The notes below the pieces were generated by a model. The model was not told the origin of the DNA and did no database searches. It was given only the letters and a program-made list of their open reading frames with translations. From NCBI GenBank assembly GCA_003344405.1, contig NOWV01000198.1:1-64000 (forward strand): a stretch of 64,000 bases of DNA, read 5' to 3'. A program made the translations under genes and the position numbers. The stretch is from Trichoplax sp. H2. Its lineage: Eukaryota. This document shows positions 13,007 through 28,116 of the stretch, in pieces. Numbering within the stretch: the first letter of the stretch is position 1; every line of letters begins with the position of its first letter.

Positions 13007-16000
13007 TCATACAGTAGCTTCGTAGACTTTAATCTTTCCATTTCCAAGAGAATAGCCATCCAAACTGTGACAGTTATCCTCTAAACTGTGAATCTATGAC
13101 AAGATTATAACATTTAACATTTATACGTTCTATTTTCATACAACTCAATATCATTTAGAATTGTAAAATTGGCAATTTCTGATATTATGCAGTAGATTGT
13201 AACTATCTTTATTTATTATTAGTCCTATAACTAAAAGATAGTACATTATTATGTATACCTTCCTTGGATTATATATTGCTAAGAATCTATTTCGGTCATG
13301 TTGATCGTTTTTTTCTACATCTTTCTTTTCTGCGCTTCGATAATGTACATATCTGTGCATCGTAATTTAATTTTCTTAACAAACGGTAGAAGGAATTATA
13401 GCTCCGTATCAGATCAGAGTAATATCTATGACAAATTACCTTGGTTGTTGACGATGGCAGAACATATATATCAGATTATTTAAACAACCACGATCGTAAG
13501 GATTAGGTATATTATTAAATTTTTGCGTGATCTATGATAATATAATTAACATCGTTAATAATTGTTATCCTAATTATACATGACCTCAAAAGTGGATTGA
13601 AATTGTATATTGATCGGTAGTATAATCACGTTACTAACATATTCATTGGTAGATTTATTAAAGGGGACTAAGTAACAATGGAAGCCAGTCAGTCCTATAA
13701 CGGGTACAAGCATTAATCCACTTATGCTTAAACATGCTATACTGATTGATTTTGTTAAAGAAAGGTTATAACGCGTAGTAGTAACAGAAGAATGACAGTT
13801 AAACTATAGTAAATACTGTTAAAAGGATACGGAAAGGCAATCTCATCTCCATTAGAAGCTGCATAAATGATATGAATAACTGTTAGGGTGCATACAATAA
13901 TTCCGTACGCTGTAATAGACAGTAATAAGATAAAGAAGTATCGGTAATTTCGACGTCCAATACAATTATGCAACCAAGGGCAATGATGATCGAATCCCTA
14001 GAAAAAAGGATGAAATTTTATGGTCGTGAATGCATCGGTATATTGTGCCCCCGGTACTGTGATTAACGGATAATATCTTACATGATCGGATAATTTATTA
14101 TGATACAACTTTAAACTAACCTCAACACAACTGTCACAAATGCTGCAGTGAGATGTACGTGGCGGTCTATAAAAATGGCAGGTATCACACCATTTAAGTT
14201 TAATGGAAATATCACGGATGGTTACGGTTTTATAAAGAGGTGTTCGAAAATCATCCTCAAAACTGGAATGCCAAAAAGCTGAAATTTAAAAAATTAAAGA
14301 AGTAGTCATTAGCAAGCTCAGCAATGAAAAGGCTTATGTTTCATGCTATGACTTAAGCATACACATGGCATATCATGTTTAAGGGCCACGTCAAAATCTC
14401 GTACTCATGCTATAAATTAGATAACATACACGCAATCCTCGTTAGGAAAATTGATATTGTAGATATTACCTCTAGGATAATAACCAGGGTCCATGCAAGC
14501 GACACGTAGAAATAGCGCAACGATGAATAAAAATATTGCAGCCATAACAGAAGTAATAACAATTCCAGTAGTATGGAATTCAATGATGTAATATTGACAA
14601 CTAAATAATAGCAATGCAAACGGTAACGTTAATGAACAACAATTAGTTAATATTGCTTCGATAACAAAGTGATTTGAAAGATAGAGTTTGCATTCAGAAA
14701 TATTTGATCACAGTAAGGGGGTGATGAGTCTATAAAGCATATGTTAATTAGTGTATATATATTTTAATAGATGATAATAACAGAACAATGTAGAAGAGAA
14801 TATTTGTGATATCGTGATCTTACAAATAGCATGCAAATGAAAATATTATCATATTGTACGTTGCAAGTGGAAGTCCTTATGCTCAAGGTCTGGTTTATTG
14901 GAGCATACCATTGCAATGTTAATATGACTAACCGAACATTTCCAGACCTTGACGCGTTTAGGGCATTTTGCCTGCTATTTTCGTCTACTTATGCGATACG
15001 GTATTTGCTAATAGGACGCTAATGATGAGGTTATTCATCAGAACATAGTCGTAAACGTTGGAATTTAACATTGAATCTATCTATCTCCTAACGATTGGTA
15101 TTCGAGAAAAAAAGCTATCAAGGTGTAACCATAACAACTAGTCCAAACTGCTATCGGTAAGGTCCCCAAAATTGATTCATCTTGTATGTCATTTTTGAAC
15201 TTATTTTGATTGTAATGAAATATTGGACTCTTGAAATTTTCCTTTTCAGCATTTAAAGCATTACTTATCTCCCGGAAATAGAGACTATTTTCTTCTACGA
15301 GATTACCAACTATTAGCTTATTAGACAAAGCATAAAAATGTAGCCTACGCTATATATAACATATATATATGTACATTGTACAGTACGTCGTAACAATACA
15401 CAAGTTGGGTAGAGTGGATCTTTAACCTAAAGTTACAATTTGATTTTTGTATGAGCCTGTAAGAAAAAGTTGACCATAGTACGTTAACATAATCTAAATA
15501 CGTTCAGAGCTCCTAGCCTATAACACGCACAGTCTAATTTCATAAGAATGGTTTTAAAAGGTAAAACTGTATCATAGTAAGTTATTGTTCACATCAACTG
15601 TATGTACTGTACTCCTTCCAGGACAGTTTATTGCAATCTACTCCTCCGATATAATAAGGTATAATTGAACTATCAAACTGCTCCAAACAGATTCATCACC
15701 ATCTTGTAAGCAATGGGTTGAAAACGGAGACTAATACCGGTTATGGAGAATAGAGAGACTACGCCAAATTACATAACTATTTGTATATTGTACTGTATCC
15801 TTCTACTGGTAAAACTAGGCCAGATTGAATGAATGCGCCTGAAGTGATTCAACACTCTATCCTTTCAACGTAGAAATCAAAGAATAAATAATTTTTTTTC
15901 CATCAACGGACAATATTCAACCATTCACTGACGATCGCGATTGGAACGCTTATAGATTATTAGACTGATTGCACAATGACTACATTCATATTGTCCTATT

Positions 16001-16417
16001 TGTAGTAGAGCTTGAAAGAGTCTGGGTCTTATTACATTTTGATATAGGTGATTACAGTACTCTTCAAGAGTAGAACTGGCTTCGAAAACAAAGCGGCAGT
16101 CCCTACTAGAATAATTATTTCCATATCATCGTACTAGACTCCATTTGTAAGCGATCGATCTTGGAAGAGTCCGGATCTCATCTCGTCACCAGAAGTGTCC
16201 TCTACTACTGTTGCGATCAAAGTAATGAACTGGCTGGAAAAGAAAGCCAAGAGACAACAAAAGGACAAACTTACGTTGAGGCAAAAAATCCAGCACTTAA
16301 AATTAAGAGGATGCTGAAAGCCATGACTACTGCAAAATACTCTTTAATAATCGATCGAATTGGCGTAAAATGCGTCCTTTGATCGTTGTATCCATTTTTC
16401 TTTCGTTTGACCGCCAT
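13007..16417 (-). CDS. ZDHHC8: DHHC palmitoyltransferase of the ZDHHC5/ZDHHC8 subfamily, multi-exon
   Basis: [90 protein letters not shown]-terminus YEATV*. Most likely a pre-duplication 5/8 orthologue, so the symbol is approximate. Confidence 0.88.
13742..13830 (-). other. U12-type (minor spliceosome) GT-AG intron in ZDHHC5/8
   Basis: 5' site GTATCCTTT, branch site TTCTTTAAC followed by 12 nt ending in CAG, no polypyrimidine tract; removal joins ...[13 protein letters not shown] in frame. Confidence 0.88.
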
Positions 16418-16552
16418 ATCCACTAAAAATGAGATTATTGGAAAGGAGAATGACTGCTAGACATGATAGCCACTCTTGCAAGTTGACATGAAGTGGAGGC
16501 CCAGTCGCAGGAAATGGCTTGAGATTGGTCCAAACTCTATTCTACTAGTCGA

Positions 16553-16611
16553 TACAGTACTACAGTACTGTACATTGTGCACCAAGCCTAGCCAACAGTA
16601 CAGTACTGTAC
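16553..16611. promoter_or_regulatory. TACAG/CTGTA array in the ZDHHC5/8-HIRA divergent promoter
   Basis: tacagtactacagtactgtaca...acagtacagtactgtac, ~135 bp upstream of the ZDHHC ATG; ATTGG boxes at ~16437 and ~16523. Confidence 0.65.
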
Positions 16612-18010
16612 TAGGACCACAATCAGTGGGATACAGTTACGTCGTGGATGGCTGGCTCAACAGTTTAGTAAACACCTTTTGTTAAGCGCAGGCTAGACGA
16701 GACTGCTTTGATGGCCTAGACAAATGTTGATGTGTGGTGTTTAAATATGGCTTCTTTACCGCTATTTGGGACTGTATGACACTTTGATCAAGCGCTAGAC
16801 TGAATCGAATACAGTAGGTAGAATGAAGAAAGTAACAGGAAATAGGCCAATCAACAATACTACCACTTTATAGCATTTCATTCTCATCCTACTGAAGGTA
16901 CAGCGACTGTCTTCGTCAGTATCTACCTTTGCTTTGGTATCCATTGCATGAATATCGGTCATGATTACTCATGATAGTATACTATTTGTTTCTCCACTCT
17001 GCTCGATTCGTAAACTACTGTATACTACTGTACTCCACTATATGCGGGTATATTTCCACCTCAAACCAACCAATCCATTGGTGCATCGCTATTGCACTTT
17101 CCATGAGAGACTGCCAAGCAGTCCTAGTCTCTGCCCACTATCCCCATTCTTGATTCGGTCATTCGAGTTTGAGATAGTATCAAGGAGCTCGTTGCGCTCA
17201 TGCTATACGAGTAGTAGTCTGCTAAAAGCAAATTACTATACGGTCTACACGAATGGCTCGTTGATCGATTACTTTATCGCTTTTCTTATATTCTAATTAT
17301 ATATGACCGTCAAAATGGCTCTGTTGCCAGTAGTGATTGCACCGGCTAACAAAAGGTTTACCCGAAATGGAATCCCTCCTTGCGAGTAATGTCTTTTCAC
17401 TCGCACATCCAAATTGGACAACAGACTGTAGAATCGACAATGCTCATGACCAATGTAAAAGAAAAGCCTGGGATCAACTTGGAAAAATAGCGAGAATCTA
17501 CTCGGTCTCTGTCCTAGTAGAAATTATTACTTAAGCTTTCTTTTACCTCTATGCTCCCTCCATTGCGCTCGAGCTCGGACTGAGTCCACTCAGTATCACC
17601 GTTGATTCAAGTGGTATTGTAGGATCAACGCGCGCCAAGTTGACTATTTTCCAACTTACTGTACAATACATGCGAGAGTGTCCTATACGATGGTATGACA
17701 ACATCAACATCGCTGCAAGTCAATAACCAAATAATAGGACAACATCAGCGGACGCCGTATGTCTCCACGATGTCAAGTGCTACCGTGTTATGACTGTCCA
17801 ACCGTCCGTCTGCACACTCATCTAACTGAAGCGTACCTTCAATACGCGTAAAAGGTACAGTACGCCGTCGTCCATGTCTTTGTGCTTACGTTCAGTGGAT
17901 CCATTTCCTTGACCAGCTTATTCTGTAGTGGAAGTTCTCTCCTTCTCTTTACCTTGGCTAATGTTAACATCATTTGCTAGAGCAATTATCCACACGTCCA
18001 TACACTTGAA

Positions 18011-21000
18011 ATGAAGCTAGTCAAGCCAGATTGGATCGAACATGAAGGTAGCTATGGTGTATTCAATCATGACCGGTAGAGATGAATGTTTTCCATCGAC
18101 AGGCATTTTTGCATGTTGACCTTGATATTAATTATAATTATTGGCCAAGAAATGGCATCATTTTGAATCATCATCTTTATGCATTCACCAACCTCAAAGA
18201 GGGTTCCGTTATCCTATCGGACTAACGGATAGGGTAGAGATAGCGATCATGTCCACAGTGTTAGCAGGAGTGGACAGTTTAATAATTGTAATCATCATGG
18301 ACGGTGTCCAAACAACAAATTGAATTACATGTCCTACTGCCATACTGTATTTTGCACGCTATCCGCTACAGGACCACATACTCTCCTTGACAGTGGAGTC
18401 AATCCAAACAAGTCTAGTGTTAGCTGTTGCAGCAAGCCTTTAGTTCTGATGCTACATCATTTTTTCCATAGGGAATAGGAGTAATCCATAACCCTTGCTT
18501 GCTCGATTTCTTATTATCGGCCATTTTTACCTTTAGCTTATACAAGTCCTCAATTGGTATTGTTTGCAGTTTCCATTCTTGTTACGATGCAAATGATGAC
18601 AAGATTATTCTTGTGTACTGTATATGTATTATACATGATTATACTCTGCCGATACAACATTTCTTATCCTAATTACTCTATGATAACACTAGTACACACA
18701 CATAGTGATTAGTGGAAATAATCATCATATTGACAAGTTTTCTTACCTTTCTACTACATAGTCAATGCAACGGACACACTTATTTGCACATCATGTATCT
18801 CACTCACAACGACTGGAATATGAACAATGCAGCGTACGCATTCAAGTTAGAATGCATTATTTCTACTGTTACAATTGCGCTTTAGTTATTTTTTTTTCTT
18901 AGTACTTCATCTTTGCCTACATAAAAGACAAGCTTTAAAATAATGTTAGCATGCACGCGTACAATTGTACACTTGTACATGCAAATTACAAACGCTAACA
19001 TAACATAAGCAGCCACTCTCCTTTTCCGACTTATGGTTATGACAAATTATCTGCATTAGATGAGTATTGCATCAGCAGCTTGTCTCAAATTAATTACCAT
19101 AAGCAGAACGGGTAGAAATAAGAGTATCAATGCTACTCCGCTATTCAGTTGAATTTCTTGACGGCACAATTTGGTATACTTTATGCTCCAACATAAACAA
19201 ACGCCAATCGTTTTGAAGTGACGCTATGGCTGGCTGCAGTGAATTTGGCGTACAGCATCTCATCGACTATAATCAGCTAACCCTTGAGCAAAAGGAATGA
19301 AATGAAACATAGTTCTGTATTATCATCTCATTGAAATCGTCTCAGTCAATTGTAATCATTGTTATTACTTTGTTGAGCAAGTCGTATAGAAGCAAAATTA
19401 TACTATTGCTACGCAAGTGGTTAAGTTTCAAATATTGAAAGCACTGAAATGCTCTGTTGATGCTAAAATTGTTGATTTATTCCAAAGTGGAACGTAGTAG
19501 ATGCAGTAGTTTACCTCGTATAACGACATTGCTTTCACCTAAACTGTTGAATTAAATGATTACTAGGCGGTGCTATCTACTCACTTGATATTCATCCAGA
19601 TGGTTCGCGCCTTGCTACTGGAGGTGCAGGTTGGTGGATTATTAATATAATAATCATATCATAATCATAATATATGTGCTGTAGTCCTTGTATTAACTGC
19701 AAACGGAACCATTATTCTATGAAGCTTATCTATTCAACATAAGGTGTAGTGAATGATCGCAATTTAGTAATCGAACTTCATATTTTACCCTCACACCCTA
19801 TACAACAGTAATTGCCTTAACTACGGTATAAACTCTGCAATTGGCAATAGCTAAAAGCTTTTATTATGTCTATTAGAGGCTATCTGTATTAAGAAGTCTA
19901 TGAGAACTTTATTTGCTTGCGAATATTGTACTAATAATTATGGAAATACAATGAAAATAACGGATTGATTAGAAATAGTTAGCTTGAACTTTGGATAATT
20001 TTTTTAAAATATGACTAGGTAAAGGCTGCGGAGAGATTTGCATTTGGAATATGACCCCACTAAGAATGGAAGAGGAGGAGAAGAATGAAGCGTGCGATAG
20101 ATTGTTGTGTAAGATGACAAATCACTCAGGTATTGGCGGTAATTGTGGAATTAATGGAAGAGCTTGAGTTCACAAGTTTTTATCGAAATTAGAATGTCTT
20201 TGTACTCAATAATCCTATTATTGTAAGGCTATACCTATAATAATGATCGTTAATTGATACTTTGTAATAGATAGTGTAAATTGCGTTCGATGGTCAGCTA
20301 GTGGTAACTATCTAGCGTCCTGTAGCCTTGGTATTGTGATAATTTGGCATAAAAGGTAATCAAGACTGAATAGTGCTCGTCAAGCAACTCGTATTTAGTT
20401 GATAATTAATCAGTAGCTGACGTGGCTAAAATGGGACATTCGTTCAATTATAGCAGAGTTAAAGGATTCTTTAAGAAATAGTTTCTATTAAATGTTATAA
20501 TGTCATACATGCGATATAGAACATGGGTTTTATTGAAAGATATACGTTTGAAATATATGCCACCTTCTTATTTTTACTGTAACTAAGATAAATACCTTGC
20601 ATAATTGCTCTTTGTAAAATTGACTACTGATAGCACTATCTCGATATTTGCTGATTTACTTCAAGCAGTGTTGAATCTAGTACTATATTTGGTGGAGGCA
20701 GGAATATTGAGAATTGGACGTGCTCTCATATGTTGCATTCACATAAAGAAGGTGAAGGGGTTCATAAAAATTGTTGAAAGTTTCAATCTGATGTAATTTA
20801 ATCGAGGCTTACGTCTTCAATACCGAAGTATAGATGTTCTTGACTTAGCTTGGAATACAGACGATTCTATGCTTGCAACTGCAGGAATTGATGGGGTGAT
20901 TCTTGTTTGGAATGCTAAGTGCTTCCCAGGTATAGTATTTATTGGATGCTATCTGTTAGCCGTACAGAACATCAGGCTTAACTATTTTAAAATTGGCCTA

Positions 21001-24000
21001 TGAAAAATATACTATATTAGACCGTAGAAATGAAATCTGTCAACACAAAAGCAATAATTTTAGACAAACTGTGTATATACCTCGATACTATAATGTTTAA
21101 ATAAAAGCCTGAATTAGATACATATTACAAAAGATTTCTATCGCTCTTTTGAATCTATTCTTCAACACAAAAAAATAAATTACAGTTAATCTTAAATTTT
21201 AATTTTATATTTAGAAATTATATCAACTATTACGGATCATCAAGGCAGTGTAAAAGGCCTTACTTGGGATCCTATAGGAAAATATTTAGCATCTCAGGTT
21301 GTGTAGTAATCTCTGTCATTTATGTTATTTGATCCAATAATAGCTCGCTACAAAATGTAACAGATGGAATATTTTCTAATTAATAAATGTAGTCGATTGA
21401 TAAATCCTTACGTGTATGGAGGACAATAGACTGGAAACAGGAGGTCGCTATTACTAAACCATACTTGAAGGTGCTGTAGATTTTACTCAAATGAACATAA
21501 GTACATGCTGTCGAATTTATCTCACTGAATCTAAATGACTATTTGATGATTTTATCAACAGACTGGTGAAACATCTTTTTTCCTCAGAATAAGGTACTTG
21601 CCGTTCATTAATGTCTGCAGCTTAAGATACAATATAAGGAGACTATGCCATAACCAGTGTAACTTTGTTCTACGTTGTAGCTGGTCACCAGACGGCCAAT
21701 GCTTGGTATCGTCTCATGCCGATAATAACGCTGCTCCGGTAGCTAAGATTATCGAGCGACGCGGTTGGAAAGTTGATAAAGATTTTGTGGGTCATGAAAA
21801 AGCAGTTTGTGCTGTGGTAAATTCAAGTAGCTATATTTCAGATAGCATTTTATATAATAGTAACAGCCATCACTAATATTAATACCGTTAAATACCGTTC
21901 AGAAATTTAATCCGACCTTATTTCATGAAAATGTTCCTACAGCAAGTAAATTTGATGTAAGCTTTGCTGTTAAGTATAGTTACGGTTATTCTACTTTTCA
22001 TTATAAATCTATTGATGTGAACATTACAAATGGTTAAAAAATTTTTACATAAAAATCTTTTATAGATTTGTTGTTACTGCGCTCTTGGAAGCCGTGATTG
22101 CTCGATTTCTGTTTGGGTAAAATCTTGATATCATAGCAGGAATTAATTAACCAATATCATAGACCCTAAAGTTGTATGTTCATTATTTAAATAATGAGAT
22201 GCGTTTGTTACAATTTTTCAATTTAGTCGACTGCTCTACAGCGACCGGTGGTTGTAGTTAATAATCTCTTCGATAGTACCGTAGCGGATTTAACCTGGTA
22301 TAAAGTGCTTGATTATACAGATGTAACGTGCAATTGTACCTATCGTGACTTAAATTGTTTAATACTTGACTAGGAATTCATCCGGTAACGAGTTATTAGC
22401 CTGTTCTTTGGATGGCTCAGTAGCTTACTTTAGTTTCTCTGAAACGGAATTGGGAAAATCTCTAACAGAAAATGAAAGGGTGATAAAATTAATTGATTGA
22501 TAAATTTTTTTTGTCATTTTTAGTTATAACCTGTTAATACTGTGTTTCATATTAATTTGTTATTAGCTAATCTATTTTTTCCTTGTTCTTACAATGTAAT
22601 AATAACTCTTCTATCACTCTTCCTAATACAGGCAAAGTTCTTTCATAAACATTACGGAATTAATCCTAAAGTTGATGAGAATGGAATGAATGTCGGAAAT
22701 GCCTTTGTTGTTGAAAATCCTGACGTATTTCGAAATCAAGTAGAACAGAAAAAATTACAACAAGCGTTGTCGCATAGAACAGAGTCAGATACTACTTCCA
22801 ACAGTAAGTCACTGCAGCTTTATCTACCTTCCTTCTTATTTGAAATTATACTATATTTTAAATCATGAAATATTATGAAATAGTAACGAAAAGGTTTTAC
22901 TAACAATCAATAGCTGCAATTGATCTCATTGATAATTTATTTGATAGCTTTCTCTCCGCCAATTCTTAATAAGCCTACTGTAGCCAGAAGTATTCCTGTA
23001 TGTACTTGCAATATGTATCCGCATCAATATTGGATACACTTCATGTTATAGTCATTTTATCAAATATTAATCTAATTATAGAGCAATGTAAAAGATCGTC
23101 AAATCGAAAGAAAAACTGGTGATGGCCGACGGAGGATAACACCTTTTACGATTGCTACATCAAATACAAGTGGGTTAGTCCAATAAATATTTATTCGGAG
23201 ATTACATATACGAATGATGTCGCTATATACAATACGATATCTGTAAATCTTTAAACCTTGCTCCTTCTAGTATCGTAGATAATGAATACTCCGCCAATAT
23301 ACTGGATAAACCAAATTCCGTAAGATAATATATCCGATAGATATCATTTAACCTGGCAAGTTTTAGTTACCATACATTTACGTATTTTAATAGATTGAAA
23401 ACATGGAACCTGATCGGTCGATTGTACCGTTAATAATGCTGTAAGCATAGCATCAGATAATACTATATTAACGAAAGAATCTGATTTCTTGCTAGAAATT
23501 TACCGTCTATTACTTACCGAAAATAACATCTTATCGTATTCCTACTTTATAGTAAAAGAAATGCTGATACTAGCATAGACCGTGACGCTCGGAAAAAGTT
23601 AAAGTTTAAAGGTCTGGATTATAGTATACTTTTTAACTTACTTTGATATATTCTAATGGAAATATTACTTTTTGTAACTATTTACCTACATACTCGTATA
23701 TACATAAAATTAAGGTGTGCATGAGTTGATGTCGAGCACATCCAAAAGCGATGCTCACAAAGAGATGTACTGTCATTGCGATAGTCATAGTAGAAAAGTA
23801 GTAGCTACACGCTTTGAACCATCAACTGCAGGATCCTATTTTTAATGTTAGATATTCTATATCTAGATACGGATGGAGTAGGATCAGAAAGTGGAGACGC
23901 CGCTAATAAGGTAGTTAGGAAGTGGTATAATTCATCGACATGATGTTTAATTTAGCGTTTCCTGTTAAGCCTATAATTATATATCACATGGAATACTGGT

Positions 24001-26638
24001 AACTGCTCATATGATTGACCTTTAATGTTGATATATATCGGGATTGGATTTTCTAGATGTCAGAATCTGAAACTGAATGGATAAAGTCTGTTGCACTCAA
24101 GGGAATACATTCAAAAGCTGTGCTACCTATACCCGAAATAATACAAAAATTAACTCTACAGGTTGATACTTTTGTATTAATTTACTGTTGAAGAACTATT
24201 TGTTAATATTGCCACCTCATATGCTTATTTTTAGATTAATTGTGCAAGATTAAGCGGAAGTATAAATTCTGTGACTGTTGAAGTGATAAATGGCGAATCG
24301 TCAGGTATTAACCATGACTACATTATCATCTGATAAGAATGAATATTACTATGCATGGGTTAATAATGAATATCGGTAAGTTTTAATTTACATTACTTTA
24401 ATTATCTCTATGTTCATTATAATCGTAGACCCGCGAAGCAAAATAAAGTGTACATCCAATGGCAAAATATTGTGGGATGGTGCTTTAAATGGCAAGGTCT
24501 TATCTATTGCTGGTAAAAGGTTAGTGTTTTGACTTGCATTTCAATACGAATTTTAGTTCGCATTTAAGGAGAAAATAACTTTTTTATTAATACTAATGTG
24601 ATTTTGGAAATCTAGCAACTTTATCTGTGTAGCCTGCAGCAATAGAACTATAGTTGTCTTTACAATAAATGGTCGGCGGTAAGAGGATAAAGAATATAAA
24701 TTTATTATTTATTCTTTTCTATAATTAATAATCTAGGATCGTTCAATGAAGATTATAACCGCTCTAGTATTACAGTATTTTAGTATCAACTTTCGTACAT
24801 TATTATTTTTTTAACTTTTTTAAAAGTATTTAAAATTATGTAGTCCTTAGTCTTAACTGCTCAATTACGAAATTTTTGATGTTCATTCCAGGCTTTTTCC
24901 AGTTTTACAACTTGACGAAGCTGTCGCTTTATTACATTGCAATGATCACCATGTCCTCGCTATAACCAGAACTGGCGATTTATATATCTGGTACGATGCT
25001 AGAAAATACTATACTTAATAATGGTAATTGTAGCACGTAATTATTACATGCAGTAGCATTTAACTCTAACTATCTTTTCTTAGGAACTGTATTCTAAAGA
25101 CAAACGTTGTCAGTAGACAAACTATTTGTCCGGTTTTGGGAGGTAAATACGTGCTGACAATGATAATTAAAATTAAAATAATTCTGTAACTGATTTTTCA
25201 TCGGACTATATTTTTGTAGATTCAAACCTAAAAATTATAGAAATTGAGGTTTCTCTGGAAGGTTTGCCAATATTATGCATGTCTGATGGCAGCGCATACT
25301 TATTCAGCAAGGATTTACGAACATGGTGATTATACCATTTATACCGGGTCAGCAAATTTGCAAAAATTTTCAAAATTCATTTTACATCAATCTTTAGGGT
25401 ATTACTTTTCGACGGATCGGATGTGTCTGTCCGTAATATCTTCTCAGCTAGTTCGACCACATGTCATGGACGAAGTTTACCACCTAGAGGCCAATTATGG
25501 TCTTTGCAGGAGCGTTCGCGCTCACAAACGAAGTCCATCAGGTAAGTTGTTTAAATCTGTTGATTACAATTATTCGTAAGATACGTTGAAAACAAAATAG
25601 CGGTTAATTTTATGGAGCTATCCATATTAGTTAATCACTACACTATACGAGTATTTTTAAATATTTGTCCGCAGTAGTGTTAAAAACTCGAAGGCTAGAA
25701 GTTTTGATAGTAAATCCGATGATTTATTGTACATGCGGTACTTGGAGGTTAGTGCTGTTGTAGAATTTTTGTGACTTACTTATCGTTTATGTAGTATGGA
25801 ATTCTTACACTAGATCTCTACATTTTCAGAATCAAATAAATGCAACTTTAGCTATAAATTCAGCTGAGGAATATGAATATTGGCTGTTATTATATGTTCA
25901 GTTGTTGACGAAGCGAGGTAGGAATTATAAGACTCAAAATCTATTTCATCAATTCGATACCTCTGCAATAATTTCAGCGACTGATATAGACCGATTTCGA
26001 TTGGTCGATTCCATTTTTATAGAATATGAAAACAAAATTGAAGAGATTTTTCAAACGGTTACGTCTGAATATCAAAGGTTTCATTCTAAAAATTTGCCTT
26101 AAATTATTTTTGTTGACATTTGTTAGAGTTCTCATAATAGTTCTATAATTTTAACTAGATTATTCCGAAGTGATCTTAATCCTAAAAAAAGCAAAGATGT
26201 AAGTAGCCAAGCAATTTATTAAAAATCGTTGAAATTTATCGGCCTTTCATATAATTAAGAAAACAGTTCTAATCTCCGGAAATTTTGTGTTTTGCAACGA
26301 TATGTAGGGGCCTCGAAAGCTACGGGAAGAAATTGTAAAAATAGTCGGTAAGCGAAATGCAAATCTTACACGCTTCCTAATGTGCAAACGTGTTACGAAA
26401 GTATCTGCTATTCGGTAGTTTTGATTAGTACAAAAGTGTAAATACACATTGTTCTATCTCTGTAATTATATCAATCTTGATTGCACTCAAATCAAATAAC
26501 GTTTAATTTAAATGTTACTATATGAACTTCGTGTCAAATCAAATTGAGTTGTTTATTCAATTCGTATTAGGTAACTGTCCTCGACTAGAAAGACTCTTTT
26601 CTCGACTAAATGATCAACTTCATGATATAGTGGATTAA
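18011..26638 (+). CDS. HIRA: Histone H3.3 chaperone HIRA, multi-exon
   Basis: MKLVKPDWIEHEG|GAIYSLDIHPDGSRLATGG; WD40 repeats (VNCVRWS, DVLDLAW, VKGLTWDPIGKYLASQ, WSPDGQ, DFVGHEKAV); B-domain QIERKTGDGRRRITP; C-terminal SAEEYEYWLLLY. TAA 26636-26638. Confidence 0.95.
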
Positions 26639-28116
26639 CTAAACTGGCTACAGTAATGAAACTGCAGTGAAATCTTTTTTTTGTAACGGAACTAAAACCA
26701 AATTATCATTAGATGATCTTTGAGATATACAAGTATTTTGTATGAATTTAATTATTATTGTAACATTTAGACTCCACTGAGGAGTGAGTTACGATTCATC
26801 TGTGCATACTACATTACTGTACTTACCATTAAATAGATACGATAAACTACCCATATTATGTTATAGTTCTCTTGTCGGTACTCAAATCGTAACTGGAAAC
26901 TGTTGCATACCATTGTTGTAAAGCTCTTAGTCGCAAAATTATTTCATGCTATAATATCTTTTGTGACAGATGCGTCAGGTTATTAACTCAATCTAGTAAT
27001 CCTATGATAAGGATTATAAAGATTGTGCATGATATTGCTGAAACTAAATTTTGCCTAACTCTGATACTGTAATATACAACGTTAGAATATCACTTTGCTG
27101 TTGATCTAATCTATAGTACCTGACACATCTAATATCGGTTACCATAAAGGTTATATGAGAGTGCAGGTAATTGCCGTTTTGTATTTTAATTATATTGTAC
27201 TGTTAAAATATTTCTTTTATATAATATTTCGAGCTTCTACTGTCCTATATTATTATCCTATATGACGACAACATTGTTTATCTGCGTGTCATTTCACCAA
27301 TCTAAAGTCAATAAAATTTTGTGGTGCCTTAATGCCTAGTATCAAAATACATTCTCCTAGTATATTTGAACTTGCAGTTCGATGTGAATAGTATTTTTTA
27401 CTAGTCTACGCTATATTTGTTACTTAACCCAATAGTTCATGAACTTCTATATTCTGTAATATGCCAGCAGATGCTGGAATCCCGCCTAAAATTAATCAAT
27501 ACGTGTAACTCCAAGACTTACAGCGTACATTATAATACTAGCTTTAGATGACACTGTGATGGATTATATGTCACTTGTAAGAGTTTATACAATTCGGATT
27601 TTAACGTGTCATTTCGACGCAGTCATGATGTTGTTGCTGCAATTTACGTTGTTAAATAAAGTACTTTTATTGTTGTTTCCTTTCGTAATTACTTCAATTG
27701 TTGCACGTGTAAATGGCCCTAAATTTATAATAAATAGAGACCACTATGCGAATTGAAAGATTCATTTGCATTGGCTATGGGCAATTATCCAATAAAAGAA
27801 AATCTTTTTATTGAGTAGGCGCAGTATGTAGCCTAAACAGTTCTTAGCGCCGAGTCCAAATCATTTAATTTATGCATACCTACTATTAATAGATTAATAG
27901 ATATCATCATATGCACCTAGGATTAGATTATTTATTGTTTTAGTAGTCAAGTACAATAGTACACGGCAGTAGCGGATGCATAGTGTAAGTCCTATAACTC
28001 TGATAGTATTCAGGAACCCGCGCAAAATCAAGCTGAAAATAGATCACAGTTAATAACTGGCAGTATCGTATCGATATTTGATAACTGCAAGCTTAATTAC
28101 TTGGTAACAACTCAAA

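Noticed and set aside
15077..15328. 83-aa ORF inside ZDHHC intron 1
   Set aside because: Non-ATG start, no recognisable homology, and flanking exons join in frame without it
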